Shown here: one piece after another, positions 26,355 to 35,180 of the stretch
How the letters are laid out: each line of letters begins with the position of its first letter
Position numbering within the stretch: the first letter of the stretch is position 1
Assembly (NCBI GenBank): GCA_937861125.1
Contig: CALMAY010000037.1
Coordinates: forward strand, 132,941-196,940
Reading direction: 5' to 3'
DNA length: 64,000 nt
DNA from: an uncultured bacterium
GTDB taxonomy: Bacteria; Patescibacteriota; Patescibacteriia; Magasanikbacterales; UBA922
The notes under the pieces: model-generated
What the model was told of the DNA's origin: nothing
The model's database searches: none
What the model saw: only the letters and a program-made list of their open reading frames with translations
Program-made: the position numbers and the translations under genes

Positions 26355-26563
26355 AAAGTGTTGGTTTGGCGTACTAGAGATTGTCTCTAAGGACACAAAT
26401 TAAAAGATACAAGGATACAAACGATACATGTTTTGTTTGTATCCTTATATCTTTTTCTTTTTAATTTCATAGGTAGTATACACTACAATATTGTACGACG
26501 CAAAAAAGAAACATGAAAACATGTATTTTTTACTTTTTTGCTCTATTTAGCAAAGAAATCATG

Positions 26564-26592
26564 TTGACAAAAGTGCATTTTTGTGCTATACT
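26564..26592 (+). promoter_or_regulatory. consensus-like sigma70 promoter with no annotated gene
   Basis: TTGACA (26564-26569), 17-nt spacer, TATACT (26587-26592). Confidence 0.55.
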
Positions 26593-26711
26593 ATATACAT
26601 ATTCATCGTGCACAGTGAATCAAAAAATATATATACGTTGGTTGCCTGCATATAGGCGCAACACTGTTCTTTTTTAGAGGAGGGAAATTAATACAAATAT
26701 ACATATACAAT

Positions 26712-26837
26712 ATGCAACAAAATAATTCCCGCTCACAAAGCGTTCAGTTTTCTGTCGTCTACGGGTATATGATCTGTGCGGTCGCCCTATTTGCGACAAT
26801 TGCAATGAGTATTCCACATATTAGTGTTGGGCCATGA
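26712..26837 (+). CDS. possible 41-aa single-TM micro-protein
   Basis: MQQNNSRSQSVQFSVVYGYMICAVALFATIAMSIPHISVGP lies between the promoter at 26564 and the terminator at 26858. GGAGG sits ~19 nt upstream, which is too far to be a good SD. Confidence 0.25.
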   Translation: MQQNNSRSQSVQFSVVYGYMICAVALFATIAMSIPHISVGP

Positions 26838-26857
26838 TAAAGTAATTGTTTCTGTAT

Positions 26858-26885
26858 CCCCGCTGTTGCGGGGTTTTCCGTTTTT
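26858..26885 (+). terminator. intrinsic terminator
   Basis: CCCCGC-TGTT-GCGGGG followed by TTTTCCGTTTTT. Confidence 0.7.
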
Positions 26886-26893
26886 ACGCCATT

Positions 26894-27036
26894 GTCATTC
26901 CGACCGAAACGAAGTGAAGTAGAGGAATCCCTTTCGTAAGCCTACACGTTTTTGTTCACTTCGTTCTGGTTAAATCATCTATAAGAAAGGGATCCTTCGA
27001 CTGCACTTCGCTACGCTACGTTTCGCTCAGGATGAC
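26894..27036. repeat. MITE-like element, full copy A (143 bp) with imperfect terminal inverted repeats
   Basis: It starts GTCATTCCGACCGAAACGAAGTGAAG...GGAATCCC and ends GGGATCCTTCGACTGCACTTCGCTACG...CTCAGGATGAC. The internal CACTTCGTTCTG..TAAGAAAGGGATCC is shared with the copy at 52697-52806. Confidence 0.7.
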
Positions 27037-27057
27037 AAAAACGCACAAAAAAGAAAT

Positions 27058-27594
27058 ATGACCAAGTATCTCGTTCTCCCAGACATACGTTCGACTCATA
27101 ATGTGGGTGCTTTTTTTCGTACCGCTGATGCGTTTGGGTTTGATAAGATATTTTTATGTGGGATTACTCCGCAGCCACCACGAGCGGATATTGCCAAGGT
27201 GTCGCTGGGAGCTGAGACGTGGATTCCGTTTGAATATCATCCCAACGTGGTGACGCTTCTTCGTCGTCTACAAGGACAAGGATCCACTGTAGTTGCATTG
27301 GAAAAAATAGATACAAGTATTTCAATGAATGAGATAAAGACTCTTTTGGAGGTTACTCAGGTTTCTAAAGATACTAAGGGCGCTAAGGGTGCTAAAATAA
27401 ATTTAGAAGCATCATTAGAAACATCAGCACCCTCAGTAACCTTAGTAGTTGGAAACGAGGTGTTCGGTGTACACGAAGATGTACTTGCATTATCAGATCT
27501 CGTCGTACATATCCCAATGGTGGGAAAAAAAGAAAGTCTCAACGTGAGTGTGGCTGGAGGTATCGCGATGCATTGGCTCTCTGAGCTCAAATAA
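27058..27594 (+). CDS. SpoU/TrmH-family RNA 2'-O-methyltransferase
   Basis: HNVGAFFRTADAFG, LVVGNEVFGV and IPMVGKKESLNVSVAGGIAM. A K/A-rich insertion includes a 9-bp repeat. Confidence 0.75.
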   Translation: MTKYLVLPDIRSTHNVGAFFRTADAFGFDKIFLCGITPQPPRADIAKVSLGAETWIPFEYHPNVVTLLRRLQGQGSTVVALEKIDTSISMNEIKTLLEVTQVSKDTKGAKGAKINLEASLETSAPSVTLVVGNEVFGVHEDVLALSDLVVHIPMVGKKESLNVSVAGGIAMHWLSELK

Positions 27595-28316
27595 TGTATA
27601 CTAAGGGGTATATGCATCATAGTACTGTCATTCATACTCTCAAAATTTTTGAACGTATCTATAAAGATCTGCCACCATTGCTGCCAGATGAGATTCGACA
27701 TGATATGGGGGTGGCGATTGAGCAAGTGCGACACAATTTTTCTCTCACTGTTGAAGAACTTGAGGATACAATGGTGATGTTTGCCAAACGTGCGTGGCCA
27801 TATCGCCAGGCGTTTCATGAGTTTATCGATGTCTATGAGGGCAAGATGGGTGAGTCGTTGTTGTTACAAAAATTGACACCAGAATTAAAAAAAGAATACG
27901 AACGGTTTATTGCTCATGGTGGGAGCTATCGTGATTTGGTGGTAGGTGGACCGACACATTTTTTTTCTCCTGAGGAGCGTGTGGAGATTGCAGTGACATT
28001 GATTTCTATTCGCAAAGCAATTCGTGATCATGTGGAGCAAGCAGTACTCTCTACTGAGCGTGCGGCGTATGAGGCACGTGTGTTTGAATTTCATGATATT
28101 CTCGATGAGCTGGAAAAGCGACTCGATACACTGCGTCTGATGGCGGATAACGAGCAGGAACATCCAGAGCTCGCAGCAGAGATCCGCGAGCAGGTCAAAG
28201 CGTTTGAATATGGTTTGGCATCACTTGGGCCACATACACAGATACATTCGGTGATGGGGAGTGCGGAGCATTTTATTGGGAGGAAGAAGGAGAAAAACAG
28301 TTTAAGAGTGTTGTAG
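27594..28316 (+). CDS. hypothetical helical protein (240 aa)
   Basis: The start overlaps the TrmH stop (TAATG). Clean ORF with no motif I recognise. Confidence 0.5.
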   Translation: MYTKGYMHHSTVIHTLKIFERIYKDLPPLLPDEIRHDMGVAIEQVRHNFSLTVEELEDTMVMFAKRAWPYRQAFHEFIDVYEGKMGESLLLQKLTPELKKEYERFIAHGGSYRDLVVGGPTHFFSPEERVEIAVTLISIRKAIRDHVEQAVLSTERAAYEARVFEFHDILDELEKRLDTLRLMADNEQEHPELAAEIREQVKAFEYGLASLGPHTQIHSVMGSAEHFIGRKKEKNSLRVL

Positions 28317-28324
28317 AATGATAT

Positions 28325-31186
28325 ATGAATGAGCGCGAAGGATATATCGACAGTTTATTCCAGAGATATCGAAGAGAGTTTGAGGAAAGTCGTGACAAGG
28401 CTTCCTTTGTTCGTCATGCAAAAAAATATGTAGATGCAGCGGATGCTGGACAGTTGGGGGCAGGTGTGCATGGAGACCAGGTAGAGGCGACGAGGAGATT
28501 TTTGTCAAGCATCTCTGAAACGGATTTAGAAGTATATCAAACAGAGGCATTATCACGTTTTGTTGATAGGCAGTGGTGGCAGGAGGGCGGAACGGAATAT
28601 AGTAACGACTTTGATATAGATTTGAGTGGTATGGAAAGATTTCCTAAATACGTGTTAGATTTTTTATTGGGCGGCCTATCCATTCCTCTTAAAGAGATTC
28701 TTCATCCTAACTATGATGGAAAGATTACACCAGCACTCCCCGGTCCGTTTATACTGAGAACATTAAATTTATACCAAGAAATGTTTTCCCCTTCAGTAGG
28801 GCAGAAGGTAGATAGTATTCAATTTAATATATCAAAATCTGTTTTAGAAGCTAGTGGTGATGAGCCAGTAGTTAAGTTCCCAGATTCATTAGGTAAAATA
28901 AAATATATTCCAACACCGCATGGATGGATGCCTGTTTGTTCAGAAGAAAGTCTCGGTGTTAGTACGAAAGTCACTTTGGATCCAGAAGATCCACTCAAAC
29001 ATCGTATTAATTGTTATCTCAGTTGTTTGGGTGATATTCAGTTTGTGCGTCATAACGATGTTGATGTGGAGGGGGTGAGGCGATGTGCACCGACCGAAAA
29101 AGAGAAACAATTTTTGTCTCGTATTTGTCCTTTGCCGAAACCTGTGTTGCAAGAAATTGAAAAAGCACCTTCAGATTGTGTCGATATAGTTTTTCGATAT
29201 GTTACCGATAGGTTTCAATACGTAGTCCATAGTGGATATCGTGCACTTTTAAATGAGTTTTCAGGCGATATTCCGCTTATTGTCAATGAACTTGGAATTG
29301 GGCACTGTGCATTGATTGCACACATGTCAGTGATGTATTTACGTCAAGTTGGTGTGTCAGCTGTAATGATTGATGAACTGCCAACTAATGGCGACGGAAC
29401 TCAATTTAGGGCAATCAGTCATGTTTCTGTTGGTATTTATGATACTAATGGTTTGAATCGGCATAATCCAACGAACGATTGTATATTTAATAGAGCACTG
29501 TGTCAGCCGTATTTTCCAGATGATGAGTATACAGTTTTGGCAACTCAATTACGTGCTGCAACAAGTATTGAACAAAAAAGAATAATTCTGCAATCGTTTA
29601 CACAAATACTTGCAAAATATACCAAGGAGCTTGGAAAAGATGAACCAACATCCCAGTTGAGAGGTTTGCTAGAAGGTTTAGCGGACGAGTCAGTTCTTGT
29701 GTGGACAGAAGTATCTCGTTATTTGTATTCTAATTGGGATGGGGGAGATGAATATTACACAGTTCCAAATGATGAGTATCTACCGGTAGAGCACGCTTTT
29801 TATAGACGCTTGTATGAGGTATTCAGAAAAAAAAGAAGTTCTCAATTACTTAACATCCTTATTTGTTCTTGTTTTTATAAACATATTTGTAAGGTGCATG
29901 TAGATGGACAGAAAGAAAATGATAAAAAAACACAAGAGGATTCGCCTTATTTACTTGATTATAGTTATGCCTTTTATTCATTTTATGCCCGACTTGCTCC
30001 ACAAGAAGTAGAAAAGCTTTTTTTAAATGAGTGGAAGACAGGTGAAGATTTGGAAGAGTATATAAAAGATACCCTTGGAGATATAAGAACCTTGGGAGGT
30101 ACTTTGAATATGGATGTGCGAGATTTTGGTCCCCCGATAGAATCTTTTTTATTTTCTGCCACTGCGAAAAAACGTATAACAAAACTTTTGGCCATGCACC
30201 CTACGTTGTGGGATTCATGTTTGAAAACATGGAATGCAAAACATAGAGATGCTGATTTGGCCATAGAAATTGAATTACATTTTTTTATCAATCTGTGTGC
30301 TCGAGCGCTCTCCGACAAGGCAAAGCGAGAAAAAATTGAACGACAATTCGCTGTATCAGAGAATTTTTGGAAAGAACTTGCTGAAACAATTGAGCCTAAG
30401 TTAAAGCATCCTATGGTGGTGCATCATGATAAAAAACTATCGATTTCTGTTTTAACAGAGGAAGATAAACAGCTGGTCAAACAAGAAAGTTCACAGCCAG
30501 AAAATTTTACGTACGTCACCGAAGATATTATTCGTACTTCAAGAATTGTCGAGCAGTTTCTATCAGCGATCAGATATCAAAGCAGGGCTAAACAACCCGA
30601 ACGTGGGTATATAACAGAGCCGTACGATCCATATGCACACGATGTGCGTGATATTAATTGGGGTATATTGGCAAAGACTGGATTAGTTATGGCACGTAGA
30701 AAAGAATCAGAACTAAGTGAACAAAAATCATTATGTGTTTTTATTGATTCTGATATTGCAGATACTGTCGAGATTGCCATGGGGACACTCAGAGGTATTT
30801 TATTAGGTATACAGAAATTTGCAAAGCAGACAAATACGACAGTATATATCAGTGGTGCAGGGTTTGATGCATTTGTTCGTTTGCCAACTGATGTAAAGCA
30901 TAACACTATGTTAGCGCGTGTGCTAATGAGGGGTGTTAGACCTAATGCGGGCAATTTTCGTTTTGGTTTTCGTCCCACGACTGAAACAAGATCGATGCCA
31001 CTTGTGTATGTGTCAGCAAATGAGGGACGTATGGCAGCTGTAGCTTCGCAGTTACCAAAATCTACTCTTCAAACGATGAACACGCGTGCGCTTGATTTAG
31101 ATGTGCATCCGCTGTTGTCTGATGCCACACGTCTAACAGACCGGTCTGTGGTGTATAGGCCTCTTCATCTTTCGCAGACAGTGTGA
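28325..31186 (+). CDS. large cytosolic protein with transglutaminase-like core and DUF58/vWA-like C-terminal region
   Basis: GIGHCALIAHMSVMYLRQVGVSAVMI...ISHVSVGIYD...HNPTND resembles a Cys-His-Asp/Asn transglutaminase core. EPYDPYAHDVRDINWGILAKTGLVMARRKESE...LCVFIDSD resembles the DUF58 signature. Confidence 0.5.
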   Translation: MNEREGYIDSLFQRYRREFEESRDKASFVRHAKKYVDAADAGQLGAGVHGDQVEATRRFLSSISETDLEVYQTEALSRFVDRQWWQEGGTEYSNDFDIDLSGMERFPKYVLDFLLGGLSIPLKEILHPNYDGKITPALPGPFILRTLNLYQEMFSPSVGQKVDSIQFNISKSVLEASGDEPVVKFPDSLGKIKYIPTPHGWMPVCSEESLGVSTKVTLDPEDPLKHRINCYLSCLGDIQFVRHNDVDVEGVRRCAPTEKEKQFLSRICPLPKPVLQEIEKAPSDCVDIVFRYVTDRFQYVVHSGYRALLNEFSGDIPLIVNELGIGHCALIAHMSVMYLRQVGVSAVMIDELPTNGDGTQFRAISHVSVGIYDTNGLNRHNPTNDCIFNRALCQPYFPDDEYTVLATQLRAATSIEQKRIILQSFTQILAKYTKELGKDEPTSQLRGLLEGLADESVLVWTEVSRYLYSNWDGGDEYYTVPNDEYLPVEHAFYRRLYEVFRKKRSSQLLNILICSCFYKHICKVHVDGQKENDKKTQEDSPYLLDYSYAFYSFYARLAPQEVEKLFLNEWKTGEDLEEYIKDTLGDIRTLGGTLNMDVRDFGPPIESFLFSATAKKRITKLLAMHPTLWDSCLKTWNAKHRDADLAIEIELHFFINLCARALSDKAKREKIERQFAVSENFWKELAETIEPKLKHPMVVHHDKKLSISVLTEEDKQLVKQESSQPENFTYVTEDIIRTSRIVEQFLSAIRYQSRAKQPERGYITEPYDPYAHDVRDINWGILAKTGLVMARRKESELSEQKSLCVFIDSDIADTVEIAMGTLRGILLGIQKFAKQTNTTVYISGAGFDAFVRLPTDVKHNTMLARVLMRGVRPNAGNFRFGFRPTTETRSMPLVYVSANEGRMAAVASQLPKSTLQTMNTRALDLDVHPLLSDATRLTDRSVVYRPLHLSQTV

Positions 31187-31242
31187 AGTATATGTACGCT
31201 ATGTAGATTAAAAAACATTGTTACATAAAGTGAGCAGAGAAT

Positions 31243-31272
31243 AAAACCAACCAGTAATGTGGTTGGTTTTTT
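31243..31272 (+). terminator. intrinsic terminator after the 953-aa gene
   Basis: AAAACCAACC / GGTTGGTTTT 10-bp stem followed by TT. Confidence 0.65.
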
Positions 31273-31407
31273 GAAACAAAAAACAGCTTCCAGTATGCCT
31301 CCTACGATTTACATCAAATTATTTGATATGAATCGCAGGGGCTGGAAGCTGTCTTCCGTGTACCCTTCTTGTCTTCATCGATAGATGAAGGTGTGGCGAG
31401 TGCCGTT

Positions 31408-31764
31408 CTATTGACCGGCAGCGACTTGGTAAACGCCGTTGTTGCAGTGGGCCATGTCGACGCCGACCGAGTTGGCTGCCGTCATCCAGTCGCCGCCGCT
31501 GACTTGTACCCGGTTGTACCATCCGGAGATGTGCACCAGGTGTCCGCGGTGCGACCAGTAGATCCCGTCCGAGTTGGTTTCGTTTGTGACGCTCGCATCA
31601 TCGAGCTTCCAACACAGCACTGGCTCTCCAGTGTAGTTGTACTGGACGATGATCCAGTCCGCACCGAATCCTCGGGCGATGTCTGATCGACAGCCGCGGG
31701 CAAACCCGTCACAGCCAGCGATCATCAGGGTGAAGATTGCAAGAATCCACAAGTTACGTTTCAT
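31408..31764 (-). CDS. small lipoprotein of unknown family, encoded in a GC-rich island
   Basis: MKRNLWILAIFTLMIAGC lipobox, with AGGAG 8 nt upstream of the ATG. I counted 53-68% G+C per 60-nt line, against ~30-45% in the flanks. Confidence 0.6.
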   Translation of the reverse strand: MKRNLWILAIFTLMIAGCDGFARGCRSDIARGFGADWIIVQYNYTGEPVLCWKLDDASVTNETNSDGIYWSHRGHLVHISGWYNRVQVSGGDWMTAANSVGVDMAHCNNGVYQVAAGQ

Positions 31765-32016
31765 GATGGTCTACTCCTATCCTCTGTATACGGGGAATCC
31801 GTTTTTTTTGCGAGGATAAATAAGTGTAGCAAAGAGAGAGAGTTGTCAAGGTTTACTTGGGGACAAAAATGACCGTAGAGACGCGGCGCTGCCACGTCTC
31901 CGTCGTTGTCTGGTCGGTGCGTAATGGTACGATTGTTTACAAAAATAATTGTGTACAAAATCTTGTTTGTAGATAAAAAGACGGGGTAGCGCCTCGTCTT
32001 TACATATGTGTTTGTG

Positions 32017-32048
32017 TCACGCCTCAGCGGAATTCCGCTGAGGCGTGA
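32017..32048. terminator. perfect palindromic (bidirectional) terminator hairpin
   Basis: TCACGCCTCAGCGG-AATT-CCGCTGAGGCGTGA has 14-bp arms and lies just downstream of the PfkB kinase stop. Confidence 0.65.
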
Positions 32049-32062
32049 TGCTTGCTGTAGTG

Positions 32063-33028
32063 CTAAATTTTCTTTACCACCAACTTACTCCCATACTTCT
32101 TCCTCGCCGCCTTTAACTTTGATTTAGTCAACAATCCAATCTGTGCTCCGAGATGTCCCATTACGCTGTTGGCACTGAGAATGCCGTTTTGTAGTGCGGT
32201 GATGATGTCTTGGCTTTGGAGTATGGCGTGGAGAAATCCAGTAGAGAATGCATCGCCCGCGCCAGTCTTGCCGACAGGATTAGTTTCAAGTGCGTTGATA
32301 TGGTATTGGGCTTGACCATCACCTGCTGTCGCACCGCGATCACCGTCTGTGATGACAACGATATCAGTACCAAGTGTACAAAGACGTTCTATCGCTTTCT
32401 TTTCATTGTTGAGTCCACTGAGTGCATAGGCTTCCTCTTTGTTGAGCAGGAGGAGGTCAGTGTAGGGGATCATCTTCAGAATTTCTTCTTTACCATGAGC
32501 GATTTGATAACTTCCTGGATTCATCGCGACAAAAATTTCTGGATGTTTGGTGAGGTATTTGATGAGTTGTGTTTGAAGTTTTTCAAATGTATGACCTAGG
32601 GATGTGTAGTAGATCGCTTGAGTTGGTTTGAGTGGTGGAAGCACGTAATTTCTTTTTGATTTGCCACTGAGAATGGTGCGTTCACCGAGCACGTTGAGCA
32701 CGACACTGTAGCGTGTATCATGAGGAACAAAACGTGTGAGTGATGTGTCTACGTGTTCACTTTTGAAATGGTCCGCAATCATGTGGCCATTGATATCATC
32801 TCCGAGTTCTGTGACAATACTCGTTTTGTGTCCCAGACGTGCGAGGCCAACTGCAACATTGGCAGCGTTGCCACCGACTGACTGGGCTGTGTCGTCAATG
32901 CTAATCTTGGCACCATATCCTAGTGTGAGTTCTTTCTTTTTTTTGTTTACTGAGACGACGTGTCCGTCTGCTTCTAGATCTAGAAATGTGTCGATGGTAG
33001 AGTCGCCAATGGTGATGATGTCAAACAT
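32063..33028 (-). CDS. PfkB-family carbohydrate kinase (ribokinase-like)
   Basis: GGNAANVAVGLARLG near the N-terminus and PVGKTGAGDAFSTGFL near the C-terminus. Confidence 0.8.
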   Translation of the reverse strand: MFDIITIGDSTIDTFLDLEADGHVVSVNKKKKELTLGYGAKISIDDTAQSVGGNAANVAVGLARLGHKTSIVTELGDDINGHMIADHFKSEHVDTSLTRFVPHDTRYSVVLNVLGERTILSGKSKRNYVLPPLKPTQAIYYTSLGHTFEKLQTQLIKYLTKHPEIFVAMNPGSYQIAHGKEEILKMIPYTDLLLLNKEEAYALSGLNNEKKAIERLCTLGTDIVVITDGDRGATAGDGQAQYHINALETNPVGKTGAGDAFSTGFLHAILQSQDIITALQNGILSANSVMGHLGAQIGLLTKSKLKAARKKYGSKLVVKKI

Positions 33029-33043
33029 ATATTTGTATTGCTA

Positions 33044-33367
33044 TTAATATTTCATTTTTCCCATTCTCTCGTATTTTTCTACATCAGATTTTTTGTGTTT
33101 GTGGTAACCGAGATAGATTTCAAAAAATTCAATCGTGGCGGCGATAAAGATACCGCCCATTGCAATAGAGAAAAGAAGATTTTGAATATACATCGCGTAA
33201 ACAAAAAGTGAGAGTGATCCAATCATGCGGACCAGATCACGTCGGTTTTCTGCTTCGACAAATTGTGAGTAGACGATCATGAATACGCCGACAATTGAGA
33301 CGGCAAAAACGGCGTATTCGAGGCGGTCTGTGGGAAGGATTGGGAGGATATTTTCGAGGAGAAACAT
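33044..33367 (-). CDS. small integral membrane protein (107 aa, ~3 TM)
   Basis: Hydrophobic segments separated by short charged loops. No family recognised. Confidence 0.5.
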   Translation of the reverse strand: MFLLENILPILPTDRLEYAVFAVSIVGVFMIVYSQFVEAENRRDLVRMIGSLSLFVYAMYIQNLLFSIAMGGIFIAATIEFFEIYLGYHKHKKSDVEKYERMGKMKY

Positions 33368-33446
33368 ATGGTTTCAGAGTTAAGAGGCTTACAAAGCTTA
33401 GTATACCAAAGTGTTGGGAAACAAAAAAGACCCTTTTGGGACTTTT

Positions 33447-34418
33447 TTATGCCTGCCACTTGTTGATGTATTCAATCGCACTGAGAGCGGCTGTGGCTCC
33501 TTGGCCGGCGGCGATGATGATTTGGTTGTAGGGGATGTTTGTGACATCTCCCGCAGCAAAGATACCTGGGATGTTGGTTGCACCTGTGAGTGAAACGATA
33601 ATTTGTTTTGCGGCGTCTTTTTCTAGTTGTGGGACAAAAGTAGAGTTTGGAATAACGCCGATGTGTACCATGACGCCGTTGATCTCCAGTTCTTTGGGTT
33701 CGTTTGATACTGTGTCTGTGTATGTCAGATGTGAGACCAAGCCATTTCCTTTGATTTCTGTTGTGTTTGCGTTGTAAATGATTTCAATATTTGGAAGTGC
33801 TTTTACTTTTTCTACCAAGACTACCTCACCTTTGGGAAACCCGCCGTTTGTTTCCTTTGTATCTGGGTATTTGGTAAGGAGGTACACTTTGGAAGCAATG
33901 CCTGCCATCATGAGGGCTGATTCGAGTGCGGCGTTGCCTGCGCCGACTGTGGCTGTGGTTTTATTTCTAAAGAGTGGGCCATCGCATACTGTACAGTAGG
34001 TCACACCTTTTCCACGAAACTCATCTTCGCCTGGGATACCGAGTGTTCGTGGATGAATACCTGTTGTAATAATAACAGTTTTTGTTCTCCATTCACGTTT
34101 GTCACCACCCCAAGTTTGTCCCTCGACTATGTGTATATTTCCTTCCTGACGAATTGCAGTGACCTCAATTCCTTCTTCAATTGTTGGATTGTAGGATTTC
34201 ATGTGATCACTAAACTGCTTCGCTAGGGCGATACCAGTCGTGTGTTCAATACCTGGCCAGTTTTCTACTTCTCCTGAGAGTGCTACCTCACCGCCAATAT
34301 CTTTGGTAAGCATGACAAAGTTGAGGCGTCGGCGAGATGCGTAGATCGATGCGGAGGGACCTGCTGCGCCACCACCAATGATGACAAGGTCGAGGAGTTG
34401 TTCGTGGGATTCTGACAT
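33447..34418 (-). CDS. trxB: thioredoxin-disulfide reductase
   Basis: LDLVIIGGGAAGPSASIYA, redox-active CTVCDG and GIFAAGDV. ATG 34418 is preferred over 34466. Confidence 0.9.
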   Translation of the reverse strand: MSESHEQLLDLVIIGGGAAGPSASIYASRRRLNFVMLTKDIGGEVALSGEVENWPGIEHTTGIALAKQFSDHMKSYNPTIEEGIEVTAIRQEGNIHIVEGQTWGGDKREWRTKTVIITTGIHPRTLGIPGEDEFRGKGVTYCTVCDGPLFRNKTTATVGAGNAALESALMMAGIASKVYLLTKYPDTKETNGGFPKGEVVLVEKVKALPNIEIIYNANTTEIKGNGLVSHLTYTDTVSNEPKELEINGVMVHIGVIPNSTFVPQLEKDAAKQIIVSLTGATNIPGIFAAGDVTNIPYNQIIIAAGQGATAALSAIEYINKWQA

Positions 34419-34535
34419 AGGAGTTTTTAGTCTGGATAGTGTATAGGATTGGACGTTTGATTTCAAGAGAGAGAAAAATAATTAAGATTGAGATTAAGAT
34501 TAGTGCTGTATGCTAAGATAATTTTATTCTCAATC

Positions 34536-35180
34536 TTAATCTTTTGTAATAATGCTTTGTAAACGTTCAATATTTTCTATAGGTGTTCTCTCATTTCCAA
34601 ACACCGCACTACCAGGGCACACTGCATCTACACCACTTGTGATAATATCAGGGAGTGTTGTTTCGTTTACTCCGCCATCAAGTGCACAAAACAGAGTAGG
34701 GTATGTTTGTTTGAATTCTTTTATTTTTTCCAGGACTGCTGGTTGAAACGCGCGCCCCTGTCCACCTGGCTCAACACCTAACAATAATACAGCATCGATG
34801 TGCTCAATGTGTGGCTTTAGGACAGAAATGGGTGTTTGTGGTTTGAGGGCAATACCTACCTGCCAGCCATGTTCGCGAATAAGTTCGAGTGTTTTTTGGT
34901 TAAAATCAGCACATTCTGCATGGATATAGACACGGCGAATGTGTGTGTTGTTATGCCACTGTGTCAGTGTGGTGCAGGGGTGCTCGACCATGAGGTGTAA
35001 CTCTATTTGGAGTGTTCCAATGTGGAGATTAGTGAGATCGTTATTGTCCAGTGTTTTTTCTGGCACAAACACACCATCAGCGATATCAATCTGGACTATC
35101 TCACATGCGCCCTGAAGTTCATCGAGTGAGTTGGTATAGATGAGTTGGTCGTCGGTGAGGAGAGAGGGGATTATTTGCAT
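34536..35180 (-). CDS. rpe: ribulose-phosphate 3-epimerase-like
   Basis: IIPSLL, IDIADGVFVP, ELHLMVEHP, GVEPGGQGRAF and LDGGVN fit the Rpe TIM-barrel pattern. Confidence 0.7.
   Translation of the reverse strand: MQIIPSLLTDDQLIYTNSLDELQGACEIVQIDIADGVFVPEKTLDNNDLTNLHIGTLQIELHLMVEHPCTTLTQWHNNTHIRRVYIHAECADFNQKTLELIREHGWQVGIALKPQTPISVLKPHIEHIDAVLLLGVEPGGQGRAFQPAVLEKIKEFKQTYPTLFCALDGGVNETTLPDIITSGVDAVCPGSAVFGNERTPIENIERLQSIITKD

Noticed and set aside
25228-26396. Tyrosine recombinase next to tRNA-Arg as the edge of an integrated mobile element or prophage
   Set aside because: The recombinase lies on the 5' side of the tRNA rather than beyond its 3' end. I found no direct repeat of the tRNA 3' half downstream. 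Neighbouring genes are housekeeping (SPFH, TrmH). The N-terminal and catalytic motifs look like a chromosomal XerC/XerD-type dimer-resolution enzyme.
31319-31712. Several overlapping ORFs (31319-31522 -, 31369-31686 +, 31482-31712 -) in the GC-rich island
   Set aside because: High G+C suppresses stop codons in all frames. Only the 31408-31764 frame has an RBS, an ATG and a lipoprotein signal peptide.
31761-31958. 65-codon ORF ending in an ATGA overlap with the lipoprotein start
   Set aside because: It has no RBS or recognisable features, and part of it is AT-rich promoter-like DNA. It is kept only as a remark in the island finding.
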